In this document: piece by piece, positions 9,601-18,548 of the stretch
How the letters are laid out: each line of letters starts with the position of its first letter
How positions within the stretch are numbered: position 1 is the stretch's first letter
Source: Myxococcota bacterium
GTDB lineage: Bacteria; Myxococcota_A; SURF-8; G963663525
Reading direction: 5' to 3'
Length of the DNA: 33,476 bases
Assembly (NCBI GenBank): GCA_963676915.2
Contig: CAXXVK010000023.1
Coordinates: 1 to 33,476, forward strand
Made by a program: the position numbers and the translations under genes
The notes under the pieces: model-generated
What the model was told of the DNA's origin: nothing
What the model saw: the letters and a program-made list of their open reading frames with translations, nothing else
The model's database searches: none

Positions 9601-12076
9601 AGGCTACAATCGTGAGCAGATTCGCGCCACCATCGAAAAAATCATGTTCAAAGGCGTAGCAGAACACGAACTAGGCCACTCTCTCGGTTTGCGCCACAAC
9701 TTCATGGCCAGCGCCGACGAGTTGAACTACGTAGGTAACGACGGTACCTTTGGCGACGGTGCTCCCAAAGACGGTTATTGGGCCTTCCGCGATATGGACT
9801 ATAAATCGCATCAGGAAGCCATCGATCTGCGCGAGCAGGAAATGACAACCGAATGCGACCATGCCGTTCAGCGCGGCGAATACTATAGCTCTGCCTGCCG
9901 TTTCAAAGATCCAGCTCAATGCCAGACGGCGATGGAATCCAACGACCAACCCGGCATCGCTCTTCATTGCCAGCGTGGCGGACTCGTTCCGATGGAGAAA
10001 TATTACCTCAAAAAGACTCTCGACCAGAAGAGCGAATGGTTCATGTACTCTTCGGTCATGGACTACATGGCTGAATTCTATTACCATGGCTATGGTCTTG
10101 GCCGATACGACGTGGCAGCCATTGAGTTCGCTTACGGTCGCACCGTGGAAGTATGGAACAAAACCAACGGCAAAATCACGGTCAGCCACGTTCCGCTGTT
10201 CGAGCCAGGCGAAGGCCGTCTGTGTACAGAAAACGACCTGACCAACGAAGCCTGCCGCTGTATTCCTTCCGAAGGCGAAGACAACTGCACCTGCCTGGAA
10301 ACGGTGGACGGCTACATCAATTGCTACGATCCTACGGTGAAAATCAAAGGATTGCGCTACGTCCCCGAAGTCACTCGCAACGCAGTGGTTTTGGATGAAG
10401 ACGGCAAACCCGAACGTAATGATTTCGGCGACATCGTTTATGCCGAAGAAGACGTGTTCGACACCTATCAAACAGGCAACTCCTGGAAATACAAACCGAC
10501 CGGTGGCGAAGTTGCCGTGCATCTCAATGCCAATACCCGCCCCTACCTGTTCGGTACCGACCACTGGCGCTTCGAAGAACCTTACTGCAACGTATGGGAC
10601 AAAGGCTTCACCGCCCGCGACATCATCCGTAACTTCAAAGACCAGTACAACCGGTTCTACTTCTGGCGTTACTTCCGGCGCGGTCGCCCGACCTTTACCA
10701 CGCAGGATTATTACTACTGGTGGCAATACTGGATTTCCTCCTTCCTGCGCTTCCACATGTTCGCTCACTTCGCGCTCGACTTTAACTACAACCTCGGGCA
10801 GAAACTGGACTGGTTCATGGCAATGGCCAGCGGATCCAGCGCTGATACGCCTGTTGCCGGAGATGGCGTCTCGAAGGGACGTGCGGATATCGTGGCCGCC
10901 TTCAACGGTATCGAGGACAATCTCACTCCGATGGGCCCTGGCGACTATCTCGTAGCCGCAGCCGAAGGTTTCAACTTCCTGGTGTACGATGTGTTCTACC
11001 GCCCCGACATCGGACTGCACTACCTCGACTCCTGGGATGATGACTCCTCGTTCGAGTTCATCAAGAGCAACGATACCGTGGTCGAAGACCAAGACTTCAA
11101 TGACTTGCTCGGCAGTAGCTATCTCACAGTTAATATTGGACCCAACTTCGGTCGTTATCACCGGGATCACTGGGACTACCAAGATGACTCGACGATCAAC
11201 TACTCCAAATTGATCCGGCGCGGATTCACGATCGAAAAAGACATGGCTCTGAACACCATGGTGCTCACCGGCTGGTGGATGGACAAGTATGGTTATGAAA
11301 GCATGGCCAACGGCTTCCACTACATGTCCGACGGTTTCGACAGCGCTGTCTATCACATCATGTCCGACATCATCAACGAAGACCGCATCACGACCTTCAG
11401 CCCCTACTGCGCTCGCAAGGTGCTGGATGAAGAAGGCAACTTCAGCGAGTTCGAAGTCAAGCGCTACATTCCGCCGACCAACACATTGTTGAACTGGAAC
11501 GTGCTGCCTTGGTATGCGCCGGATTCCGGAAACTATGCCGTGGAACCGACGGTCCCCGAGATGCTTTGCGACAAACTCAGCAAAGAAACCAACGAGAAGT
11601 GGTATCCGATCCACGCTTCCTGGATTTACTTTGACAAGCGTTGGCCGGGTCTGATGTCTCTGTTCTGGCTGCCCAATACCATGGCGGACAACACGGTGTA
11701 CATGTACTTCCAGAGCCGACGGATTCCGTTGCATGAACGCAGCCTCTACCCCGATCCCGAACTCATCATGGGTGTGGATCGCCACACGGGTGAGCCTACT
11801 GTCGTGGGTGGCACGGTGGAATGCCTGAACCACAAAGAAACGATGTACTACCGTGCACAGAAATTTGTGGACGATACCCGCGAAAACCCGATCTTCGATC
11901 TCGTTTCTCGCTGCAAGCAGATCCACAACCAGTGCATGATCGATCCGAACTTGGGTCAGGTACCGGGTAACTACGACCGCGAAAACTGCAACTCCAACGA
12001 TCTGGAGCACATCGAATCCACACTGATGATGCTCAACGAGTACAGCTACTGGCTGACCAACGCCACTGCGGATTGA
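6623..12076 (+). CDS. Giant zinc-dependent metalloprotease lipoprotein (metzincin, EcxA-like catalytic motif), ~1817 aa
   Basis: AGGAG RBS at 6611; lipobox LASA-C; HELGHSLGLRHNF zinc motif at 9665-9703; Met-turn SSVMDY near 10049-10066, then LGRYDVAAIEFAY. Confidence 0.9.
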   Translation: MRQTSRTLLFLALTVLVGLLASACMTERDPIDKTNPLALDKKLFDGEFFYKQTMVDMPYSVDYTFVGETSTTHMIKFEITESALYVYNLHNKIEYTDTEGEQIIPKTPIVVYPILDHFDIELAENPTTGEDMPIYTEYRDKPWWERRYFVLDVGSDMVTNYQMDFMQYTLDVKNPFSITGLSEYYNMEFYNHNEEPINPRRYYYDYVASEEAIEKLAELDPESETYEAQKEALMDARNKQVNVISWENDVIVKPTNNWRAIGDWNNYKEYIDYEYARLRYRHYFWRVDRDDMANSGFEPMEFQDLMFRRFGYFVREYRGVDPQVGYRENLTHWWANHYNLNRRKDNGHEQNRIHVWLSPNFPERMTLAACGIAADYNWAFARAVHFKQESEKLDYISVDNKTLFDIAQWAPNYIVTDLATAIDEETELDLNTLTVVDTISDFESYLQHLLEQNIDGVDDDELGQTTVRDLTDASGVKLNKIVIQLERATEVDYPRDMTVEEFALNMTNYLEMVRNAAASHDLSKGVADDWKPQTRLCSELSPDACLSYDEDGEIRMDDLGQPMTIDPGDDWPGSLDDQEYYWVNYLEDDEAKAEEWKRWCFRWDDYEEAQKTEDEQSYFILHRNEFMEYSYIRDGMDPDGVPNLITPDEIRAKFGDDIDDRVAREVNYPVACKLTLEHRCEIDSTGHKVPRYQYELGDGRHTFLYWVDLPTEFGILGVSQWSDNPETGELISSSSHIAGSVLQWSVTRELERYFMIEGITEEPNPLAVGAERYEQLLDDIIVSAPYYEIPEAGEEDIRAEDHYMPPPPLGQEPGNSSTAAYDRVYNKNDLYLPPSSKLKIEGQNVSPKRYKAILADNGLAVTDLSVNPADLRMPTYDFQTQAQVTAQTQTQISDEILEKAKMPMMDPNKDLSRLIGTPLESYAIPPSVLRMVYTDATTYSEDMLEEVSPMFLGSMSDIKGEIQKRIDLSEKCYFMGEWLDGGFLAIIKQLQKKGYNREQIRATIEKIMFKGVAEHELGHSLGLRHNFMASADELNYVGNDGTFGDGAPKDGYWAFRDMDYKSHQEAIDLREQEMTTECDHAVQRGEYYSSACRFKDPAQCQTAMESNDQPGIALHCQRGGLVPMEKYYLKKTLDQKSEWFMYSSVMDYMAEFYYHGYGLGRYDVAAIEFAYGRTVEVWNKTNGKITVSHVPLFEPGEGRLCTENDLTNEACRCIPSEGEDNCTCLETVDGYINCYDPTVKIKGLRYVPEVTRNAVVLDEDGKPERNDFGDIVYAEEDVFDTYQTGNSWKYKPTGGEVAVHLNANTRPYLFGTDHWRFEEPYCNVWDKGFTARDIIRNFKDQYNRFYFWRYFRRGRPTFTTQDYYYWWQYWISSFLRFHMFAHFALDFNYNLGQKLDWFMAMASGSSADTPVAGDGVSKGRADIVAAFNGIEDNLTPMGPGDYLVAAAEGFNFLVYDVFYRPDIGLHYLDSWDDDSSFEFIKSNDTVVEDQDFNDLLGSSYLTVNIGPNFGRYHRDHWDYQDDSTINYSKLIRRGFTIEKDMALNTMVLTGWWMDKYGYESMANGFHYMSDGFDSAVYHIMSDIINEDRITTFSPYCARKVLDEEGNFSEFEVKRYIPPTNTLLNWNVLPWYAPDSGNYAVEPTVPEMLCDKLSKETNEKWYPIHASWIYFDKRWPGLMSLFWLPNTMADNTVYMYFQSRRIPLHERSLYPDPELIMGVDRHTGEPTVVGGTVECLNHKETMYYRAQKFVDDTRENPIFDLVSRCKQIHNQCMIDPNLGQVPGNYDRENCNSNDLEHIESTLMMLNEYSYWLTNATAD

Positions 12077-12101
12077 TCCTCCGCACGATTTGAGGTACTC
12101 T

Positions 12102-12133
12102 AACGGTCGGGACGAAAGTCCCGACCGTTTTTT
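12102..12133 (+). terminator. Strong intrinsic terminator
   Basis: AACGGTCGGGAC-GAAA-GTCCCGACCGTT, a perfect 12-bp stem with a GNRA loop and a T tract. Confidence 0.92.
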
Positions 12134-12154
12134 ATTTCAAAAGGGGATTTTTTT

Positions 12155-12673
12155 ATGAGAACCATCGAGACGTTGGACGAGAAAGGCTTGCGCGATCTTC
12201 TGAAGGTTTATGCAAAAAACTGGCTGGCACACGATGGCTGCTGGTTTCAGTCCTGCGAAAAAAACTGGGACATGACCACGGCAAAAGTCGTCAACGACGC
12301 GACCTGGGAAAAATTCACAGGGTACGAAGCCCGTAGGATTCTTCGTTTTTTAGGAAGAAAAGAAGGAGAAGGAATTCCGGCGCTGATGGAAGCCCTTGGA
12401 TTTCGTCTTTATGCAAGCGTCAACGTCCAGGAAGTCGAGCAGGTCGCTCCGAATAAAGTGGTCTTTCGAATGAAGGATTGCGCCGTGCAATCGGCCCGAA
12501 AACGCAAAGGAATGCAGGACTATCCCTGCAAATCCGGTGGTGTCGCGGAATACACCGGCTTCGCCGCAGCCATTGACAAACGTTTTCGTACCCGATGCAT
12601 CGCCTGCCCGCCGGACGATCACCCGGAAGAATGGTACTGCGCCTGGGAGTTCACTCTAGTAGAAGAAGAGTAA
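12155..12673 (+). CDS. DUF6125 family protein (V4R/HNOX-like small Cys-containing ligand-binding fold)
   Basis: KNWLAHDGCWF, CAVQSARKRKG..YPCK, CIACPPDDHPEEWYCAWEF motifs. Confidence 0.8.
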   Translation: MRTIETLDEKGLRDLLKVYAKNWLAHDGCWFQSCEKNWDMTTAKVVNDATWEKFTGYEARRILRFLGRKEGEGIPALMEALGFRLYASVNVQEVEQVAPNKVVFRMKDCAVQSARKRKGMQDYPCKSGGVAEYTGFAAAIDKRFRTRCIACPPDDHPEEWYCAWEFTLVEEE

Positions 12674-12689
12674 ACACTCGTTTGTATGT

Positions 12690-12726
12690 CGAAAGGGAAC
12701 GAATCGATCCGTTTCGTTCCCTTTCG
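12690..12726. terminator. Hairpin between convergent genes
   Basis: CGAAAGGGAACGAA / TTCGTTCCCTTTCG, a perfect 14-bp stem with a 9-nt loop; no long U tract beyond the stem. Confidence 0.6.
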
Positions 12727-12733
12727 GAAAAAC

Positions 12734-14182
12734 TCACGACAAACGACGCTCCACTTTGTCTTTCATTTTCAGGAACCAGATTCCTGCTCGGGTAGCGAAA
12801 TCGTCTTGCTCGGCGCTTTCGTTTATTTCGATGACCTCGCCCTTCGGTCCGTACATCTGCATCATCATTTTCAGCACATTTTTCCGAATCATGCCGCGCA
12901 TCGGAATATGGGCGATCATGCCGTACATGGCGGCTCCGCCTTGGGTGGCCAGTTCGGGATTCGCCCGCACTTTTTCGACGGCTTCCCGTAGGTCTTCCAG
13001 GTACTTGTCCGCACTCGTGGCGTGATGGGGCGTAACCATCGCGTGCAAGGTTTCCGGCCGCTGCTGGCGATCGATGTGCCAGCCTTTTTCTTCCATCAAA
13101 TCACCAAGGGCGTAGACATTTAGATCTTTGTCGGTCGAGTGGTAGGCAAACACGCTCATGTGTGGATTCCCCAAAACCTCCAAGCCATCAATTGCATTGA
13201 TACCATCTTGAAGTTTTCGCGTGGTATCCATAATGATCTTCGCGTAATCCAGATACCCTTCTTCTCCCATGGCCATCATGGCCGCCCAGGCACCCGCGAG
13301 CGCTCCGCCGGGTCGGGTTCCCAAAAGCGCCGGAGAAGCGAAAATTCCGCCGGGCCAGTTCTCGTACACAAAGAACTGATGCTTGAGGTAGTCCATGTTG
13401 CGATACAAAATCGTCGAAGCTCCCTTGGCCGCATATCCGTATTTATGACAATCGGCCGTAATCGACGTAACGCCGGGAACGCGAAAATCGAACGGCGGCA
13501 CCGGGTAACCCAGTTTCTCGACCCAGGGCAGCAGAAATCCGCCGAGGCAGGAATCGACATGCAACGGAACTTTCTTTTTCTGGCACAGTTTACCCAACTC
13601 TTCGATGGGGTCCACCACGCCATGCGGGTAACTCGGAGCCGAGCCCACCACGAGAATCGTGTTGCGATTGATGCGCTTTTTTCACGGCCCTTGACGTTCA
13701 CCCGAAAATCCTTGCCGAGTGGCGCATGAACGACTTTGACGTTGAAGTATTCCGCCGCTTTTTCGAAAGCGACGTGAATGGATTCGGGAACGATCATTTC
13801 GGGACGCAGCACCCAGGGTTTCTTTTCTTTGGCTCGATCACGATAGGTTTTGACCGCCAACAGGCAACTTTCGGTACCGCCGGAAGTCATCGTCCCAACC
13901 ACGTCGTCGTCCCCATGCAGCATCGAAGCCGTCATGCGCACCACTTCGCTTTCGAAGCGTTTCAGGCTCTTGAACGCCATTGGGTTTCAAACCGTTTTCG
14001 CTGAAATACATGCCGTAAGCATCTTTCAGGAAACGGGTATGTTCTTCACCGAGATAATAGACCAGACTCCAGGTCTTGCCGTTGCGGTAATTGGCGTCTC
14101 CGTCGCTGAAAGTACGCATGGATTCGAGAATTTGCGAATGTTCCTGCCCTTTCTTGGGCAAACGTACGTTGGAATCGTGCAT
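12734..14182 (-). CDS. Sphingosine-1-phosphate lyase-like PLP-dependent enzyme (group II decarboxylase fold), frameshifted
   Basis: Joined from ORFs 13838..14182, 13276..13980 and 12734..13651: GKTWSLVY, ENGLNPMAFKSL, GTMTSGGTES, VGSAPSYPHGVVDPI, LHVDSCLGGF, PFDFRVPGVTSITADCHKYGY (PLP lysine). AGGAG RBS. Confidence 0.88.
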
Positions 14183-14228
14183 ATTGAGTCTCCTATGGGA
14201 ACGAGCGTGAACAGATAGAACCGTCGCT

Positions 14229-15462
14229 TCATCGCGTCATGAAAGGTTTGTAGCAAATTTTCAGCGGTTGAATCCAGTACGAAACGCTCAAGGTCGTGGA
14301 TTTTTCGCGCCATTCTTCACCAACTCGATACAAGTACAAAGGACTTCGTATCGGACCGTTGAACAATTCCACCACCCGATACGGCTTTAGCCCGAAAGCT
14401 TTTGCGAAATCCCGTGTGAGCACAAATCACAGCCAAGCGACCGCGCCCGATGTCTTTCCATTTTTCACCGAGTTTCCGATACAGCACGGTCAAATCTTCA
14501 TCATCTTCCGGTTTGATCCGTTCGCCGTAGGGAGGATTCGTGGCCAGCAAACAGTCTTCCTCGGGAAATCTTGCCCGCACGGCACCCATTTTCTCAACGT
14601 GAATGATCTCCGAAAGACCGGACTGTTCGATATGCTGACTCGTGATGCGGATCGCCCGGTCGTTCGATATCACTGCCCAAAATGGGTGGAATGTCTTCGT
14701 TTTTTCGGCTTTGCCGATTCCTGGCGGCTCTCTTCGAAACGTTTTACCAACGTTTTGGGCAACGTCGGCCAGCGTTCGAACGCAAAATGGCGACGATGAC
14801 CCGGCGCTCGCCCCAAGGCGATGTCCGCCGCTTCCACAAGAAACGTACCCGAGCCGCACATCGGATCGAGAAAACGGACGATCCCCCTTATACCCGGCAG
14901 CAAGGAGAATCGTAGCGGCCAGAGATTCCTTGATCGGCGCTTGGGTCGTTTCAACTCTCCATCCTCGCTTATGCAAGCTATCACCGGATAGATCCAACGA
15001 AAGATCCAATCGCGCTCCGGCAAGATGGGCATTGATGGAAACCTGAGGATCGTTGCGATCCACATTGGGACGTTTTCCATAGCGGTTACGCAGTCGGTCG
15101 GCGATGGCGTCTTTCACTTTCTGGGCCAGAAACGCCGAATTCCGAACACTACGATTGGTCCCGATTCCGTGGACGGCAAACGTCGAACTTGCCGAAAGAA
15201 AATCTTCCCACGGAACTTTCAGACATTGCCGGTAGATTTCTTCAGCGCTAGGAGCATGCACGGAGTCGAGGGACATCAAAATCCGGCTGGCACAACGCGA
15301 CCACAGGCAGGCTCGCATGCCGTCTTCGATACCTCCGGAAAAACGCACGAGGTTCCGTGCGGCTTTCACGTGAGAAAACCCCAGGGATTTCAGTTCCTTT
15401 TCCAAAATCGTTTCACAACCTATGGAACAGGTGGCAACAAAATTGTATTGTGTGGCCGACAT
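14229..15462 (-). CDS. rlmL: 23S rRNA m2G2445 methyltransferase RlmL (THUMP + MTase), stand-alone, frameshifted
   Basis: ACLWSRCASRIL, KVKDAIAD, LDLSGDSLHKRGWR, APIKESLAA, FLDPMCGSGT (alternate frame), TNPPYGER, LFNGPI (alternate frame). The 3' end is uncertain. Confidence 0.85.
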
Positions 15463-15527
15463 GAGTATCCTTTGTTAAAAGAGCCTTGAAAAAAGTGTCG
15501 CGTCACCCTATTGGATGGATCACCGAA

Positions 15528-16475
15528 ATGCAAGCCTTCCGTAACCGTCTCGTCAAACGAAACAAACATTTGAGAAAATGGGCCAAAAAAGAATGCATCA
15601 ATGCCTACCGTGTCTATGACCGGGATATCCCCGAGTTCCCGTTCATCGTGGATCGCTATTCCGACTCTGCCGTGGTTTCCGTACTGAAACGTCGATATAC
15701 GGACGATTCCTCCCCCGACTGGAACCCGGAGGAACTCCAGCAGATCGTTGCGGACGTTTTCGACCTCAATGCCCAAAACGTTTTTATCAAGTGGCGAGAA
15801 CGTCAAAGCGGCAAAAACCAGTACGAAAAGCAACAAGAAAAAAAATGGGAAACCGTCGTCGAGGAATACGGCCTGAAATTTCTCGTGAACATCTCGGACT
15901 ACCTCGACACAGGGTTGTTCCTCGATCACCGACCGGCCCGAAAACTCATCCGTGAACGTTCGAAAGGCTTGCAGGTTCTCAACCTCTATGGCTATACCGG
16001 CTCGTTTTCGGTCGCGGCGGCAATCGGTGGTGCCCAACAGGTCACGACGGTGGACCTTTCCAACACCTATCTGGCATGGGCGGAACGCAATTTCGCGCTA
16101 AACCGAATCAAAACCACCAAACATCGTTTCGAACGCGCCGATACCCTCCCCTTTTTGCAGGACGAATTCCGCAAGCGACAAAAATACGACCTGATCGTCG
16201 TCGATCCGCCTTCGTTTTCCAACTCAAAAAAAATGCAAGCCGACTCTTTCGACGTACAACGCGACCATGTAGAGTTGCTTATGGCTGTTTTCGCCGTAAT
16301 GAATACGGAGGGTCGTATCCTGTTTTCCACCAACCGCAAAGGATTCAAGCTCGATAGTGACAAACTCGAACACCGTTGTGGACGAGGACTGAAAATCGAG
16401 GACATCACACAGCAAACCACACCGCCGGACTTCGACCGCCACCCCCCACACAAAGCGTGGTGGATCACCTATTGA
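15528..16475 (+). CDS. rlmK: 23S rRNA m7G2069 methyltransferase RlmK-like, stand-alone
   Basis: FRNRLVK..HLRKWAK..AYRVYDRDIPE, YLDTGLFLDHR, VLNLYGYTGSFSV, VDLSNTYLAWA, DPPSFSNSKKM. Confidence 0.88.
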   Translation: MQAFRNRLVKRNKHLRKWAKKECINAYRVYDRDIPEFPFIVDRYSDSAVVSVLKRRYTDDSSPDWNPEELQQIVADVFDLNAQNVFIKWRERQSGKNQYEKQQEKKWETVVEEYGLKFLVNISDYLDTGLFLDHRPARKLIRERSKGLQVLNLYGYTGSFSVAAAIGGAQQVTTVDLSNTYLAWAERNFALNRIKTTKHRFERADTLPFLQDEFRKRQKYDLIVVDPPSFSNSKKMQADSFDVQRDHVELLMAVFAVMNTEGRILFSTNRKGFKLDSDKLEHRCGRGLKIEDITQQTTPPDFDRHPPHKAWWITY

Positions 16476-16512
16476 AATGTCACCCTATAGAAATCCTTTG
16501 AACCGGGGGCAA

Positions 16513-16541
16513 TTGACTTTCCTCCTGGAACATGGTATCGA
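16513..16541 (+). promoter_or_regulatory. Putative sigma70 promoter of tol-pal
   Basis: TTGACT, 17 nt, TATCGA with an extended TG at 16533-16534. Confidence 0.5.
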
Positions 16542-16593
16542 TTAAGTCTCAGGAATTATATTCGATATCGCAGGAAAGGTTGGCGACGCGCTC

Positions 16594-17340
16594 ATGCAAT
16601 CTTCTATCATCATAGCGATTACCCAAGCCGCCACGACTCAAATAGGGGGCGGCGAACTCGATCTGATCGAAATGCTGCAAAGCGCAAGTTCGGTCGGTCT
16701 CGCCACGTTATCTCTGCTTTGCCTGTTTTCCATATTGAGTTGGGGAATTATGCTGCTGAAGTATTTTTCACTTCGACGAGCCTTTTTCCAAACTCGTAAA
16801 TTCCTTCAGATCTTCTGGACTTCCGAGAAGATGGAAACGATCTACAACGAAGCCGAACGCTTGGACGGCTCTCCCGTTGCCCATGTTTTCAAAGCCGGAT
16901 ATATCGAGTTTCGCAAATCGAGAAAGCAGAAAAACGAAAACCAGGAAGACCGCACCGCCCAGACTTTCGCTCAAATGGGCGATCTGGAAAGCATCGAGCG
17001 CAGTATGCGCAAAGCCATCAACACCCAATTGACGTTAATGGAAAGCCTTGTGGGATTTCTCGCGACAACGGCTTCGTCGGCACCGTTTATCGGCCTGTTC
17101 GGCACGGTCTGGGGAATTATGCTGTCATTTCACAAAATCGGTGCGATGGGCAATGCTTCGCTCGCCACGGTTGCTCCGGGAATTTCCGAAGCATTGATCG
17201 CTACGGCATTCGGATTGGCCGCCGCGATTCCCTCTGTCATCGGTTACAACTATTTTCTTCAGAAAATCAAGATCATCGACTCCGAGATGGAGAATTTCTC
17301 CAGTGATTTCCTGAACATCCTCAAACGTCACTTCCTGTAG
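16594..17340 (+). CDS. tolQ: TolQ proton-channel protein
   Basis: LATTASSAPFIGLFGTVWGIM and VAPGISEALIATAFGLAAAIP. Confidence 0.95.
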   Translation: MQSSIIIAITQAATTQIGGGELDLIEMLQSASSVGLATLSLLCLFSILSWGIMLLKYFSLRRAFFQTRKFLQIFWTSEKMETIYNEAERLDGSPVAHVFKAGYIEFRKSRKQKNENQEDRTAQTFAQMGDLESIERSMRKAINTQLTLMESLVGFLATTASSAPFIGLFGTVWGIMLSFHKIGAMGNASLATVAPGISEALIATAFGLAAAIPSVIGYNYFLQKIKIIDSEMENFSSDFLNILKRHFL

Positions 17341-17349
17341 GTCCGATCC

Positions 17350-17779
17350 ATGGCGATGACGAACCCCAAAGGAAAAACGACACTCAGTGAAATCAACGTC
17401 ACACCGCTGGTGGACGTTATGCTCGTGCTGTTGATCATCTTCATGGTCACCGCTCCGATGATCGAGCAAGGGGCGGATGTCAACCTACCCAATACGGAAA
17501 CCGTCGAGTTGGAATCGGACGAGGGGCAAAAAACGTCCTGATTATCAACAAAGAAGGAAAAATCTTCCTCGGAAAGTCCGAAATTCCCCTCGAAAAGCTG
17601 GAAGAATCCTTAAAAAACAACCCAAAAATCCAGCAAGACAAAGAAGTTTATCTACAAGCGGACGAGGATCTGAAATACCGCCTCGTTGCCCGTGTTTTTG
17701 GTTATTCTGCGCAAGGCCGGGTGTCAAAGAACTGGGCATGGTGACGGAACCACTGGAAACGGAGAACTCCCCGAAATGA
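17350..17779 (+). CDS. tolR: TolR (frameshifted near 17535 and 17695)
   Basis: [25 protein letters not shown]; later [11 protein letters not shown] and ELGMVTEP in other frames. Confidence 0.9.
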
Positions 17780-18545
17780 CCTCCTTCCTGCAAGACCTGG
17801 AAGGGGGCGTCAGGCAACGAAGAAAACATCGTGGCATTTACGATCATTTCGTTGTTTTTACACGTCTTTTTCTTTGGTTGCCGCATGGGCTATCCGTAAT
17901 GATGATCCCATCATTCATCCGGTTCGTAAAAAAGTCACACGGGTCAAACTGGTCAAGTTCGGCGATCCCGAGCGACCCAAGCATTACATGCCCCGTCTCG
18001 AAGCCCCACCGCCACCGACGAAAGACACGGTAAAGCTCAAAGACCCGCTGGCCTCCGACAAAGAGAAAACCAAGAAACCGAAAACCACCCGTCCTCCCGT
18101 CAAAAAACAGGTCGATGAGGATCTCCTGACCGACGCACAGCGCCGTGCCATGATGAGGCAAGCGATGGCACGCATTCGTTCTCAATCGAAAAACCGTGGT
18201 CAGGCGGATGGTGTACTAGGCGGCGAAGTCACCGAAAAAGAGGCTGAAATCCTGACGGACCGCTATATCAGCCGAATCGCCATGGCTTTTGAAGAGCATT
18301 TTCAGGTTCCGGCAATTATCCCTCCCGCAGAGTTGGAAAATCTGAAGGTGCAGATTTACTTTCAGATCAACGGCGAGGGACGTATAATACGGCACGAGTT
18401 GCGCAAAACGTCCGGAAACGTTCATTTTGACGAGGCTGCCTTGGCGGCGGCATTGCGCACCCGAAACGTTCCCAAACCCGACGAATTGATTCTTCAACGT
18501 TTGGTGCGTACGGGATTTGTGATTGAATTCGAACCCAACAGGTAA
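17776..18545 (+). CDS. tolA: TolA/TonB C-terminal domain protein (frameshifted N-terminus)
   Basis: ATGA overlap with tolR; TM helix (IISLFLHVFFF); Pro/Lys-rich linker; TSGNVHFDEAALAA TonB_2-type C-domain; lies between tolR and tolB. Confidence 0.8.
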
Positions 18546-18548
18546 ATC

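Noticed and set aside
9671-12010. 779-aa antisense ORF (and the 335, 445 and 183 aa ORFs) as real overlapping genes
   Set aside because: They are in exact codon register with the protease, have a V/E/H/G-rich shadow composition and show no motifs. Avoidance of TTA/CTA/TCA on the sense strand explains them.
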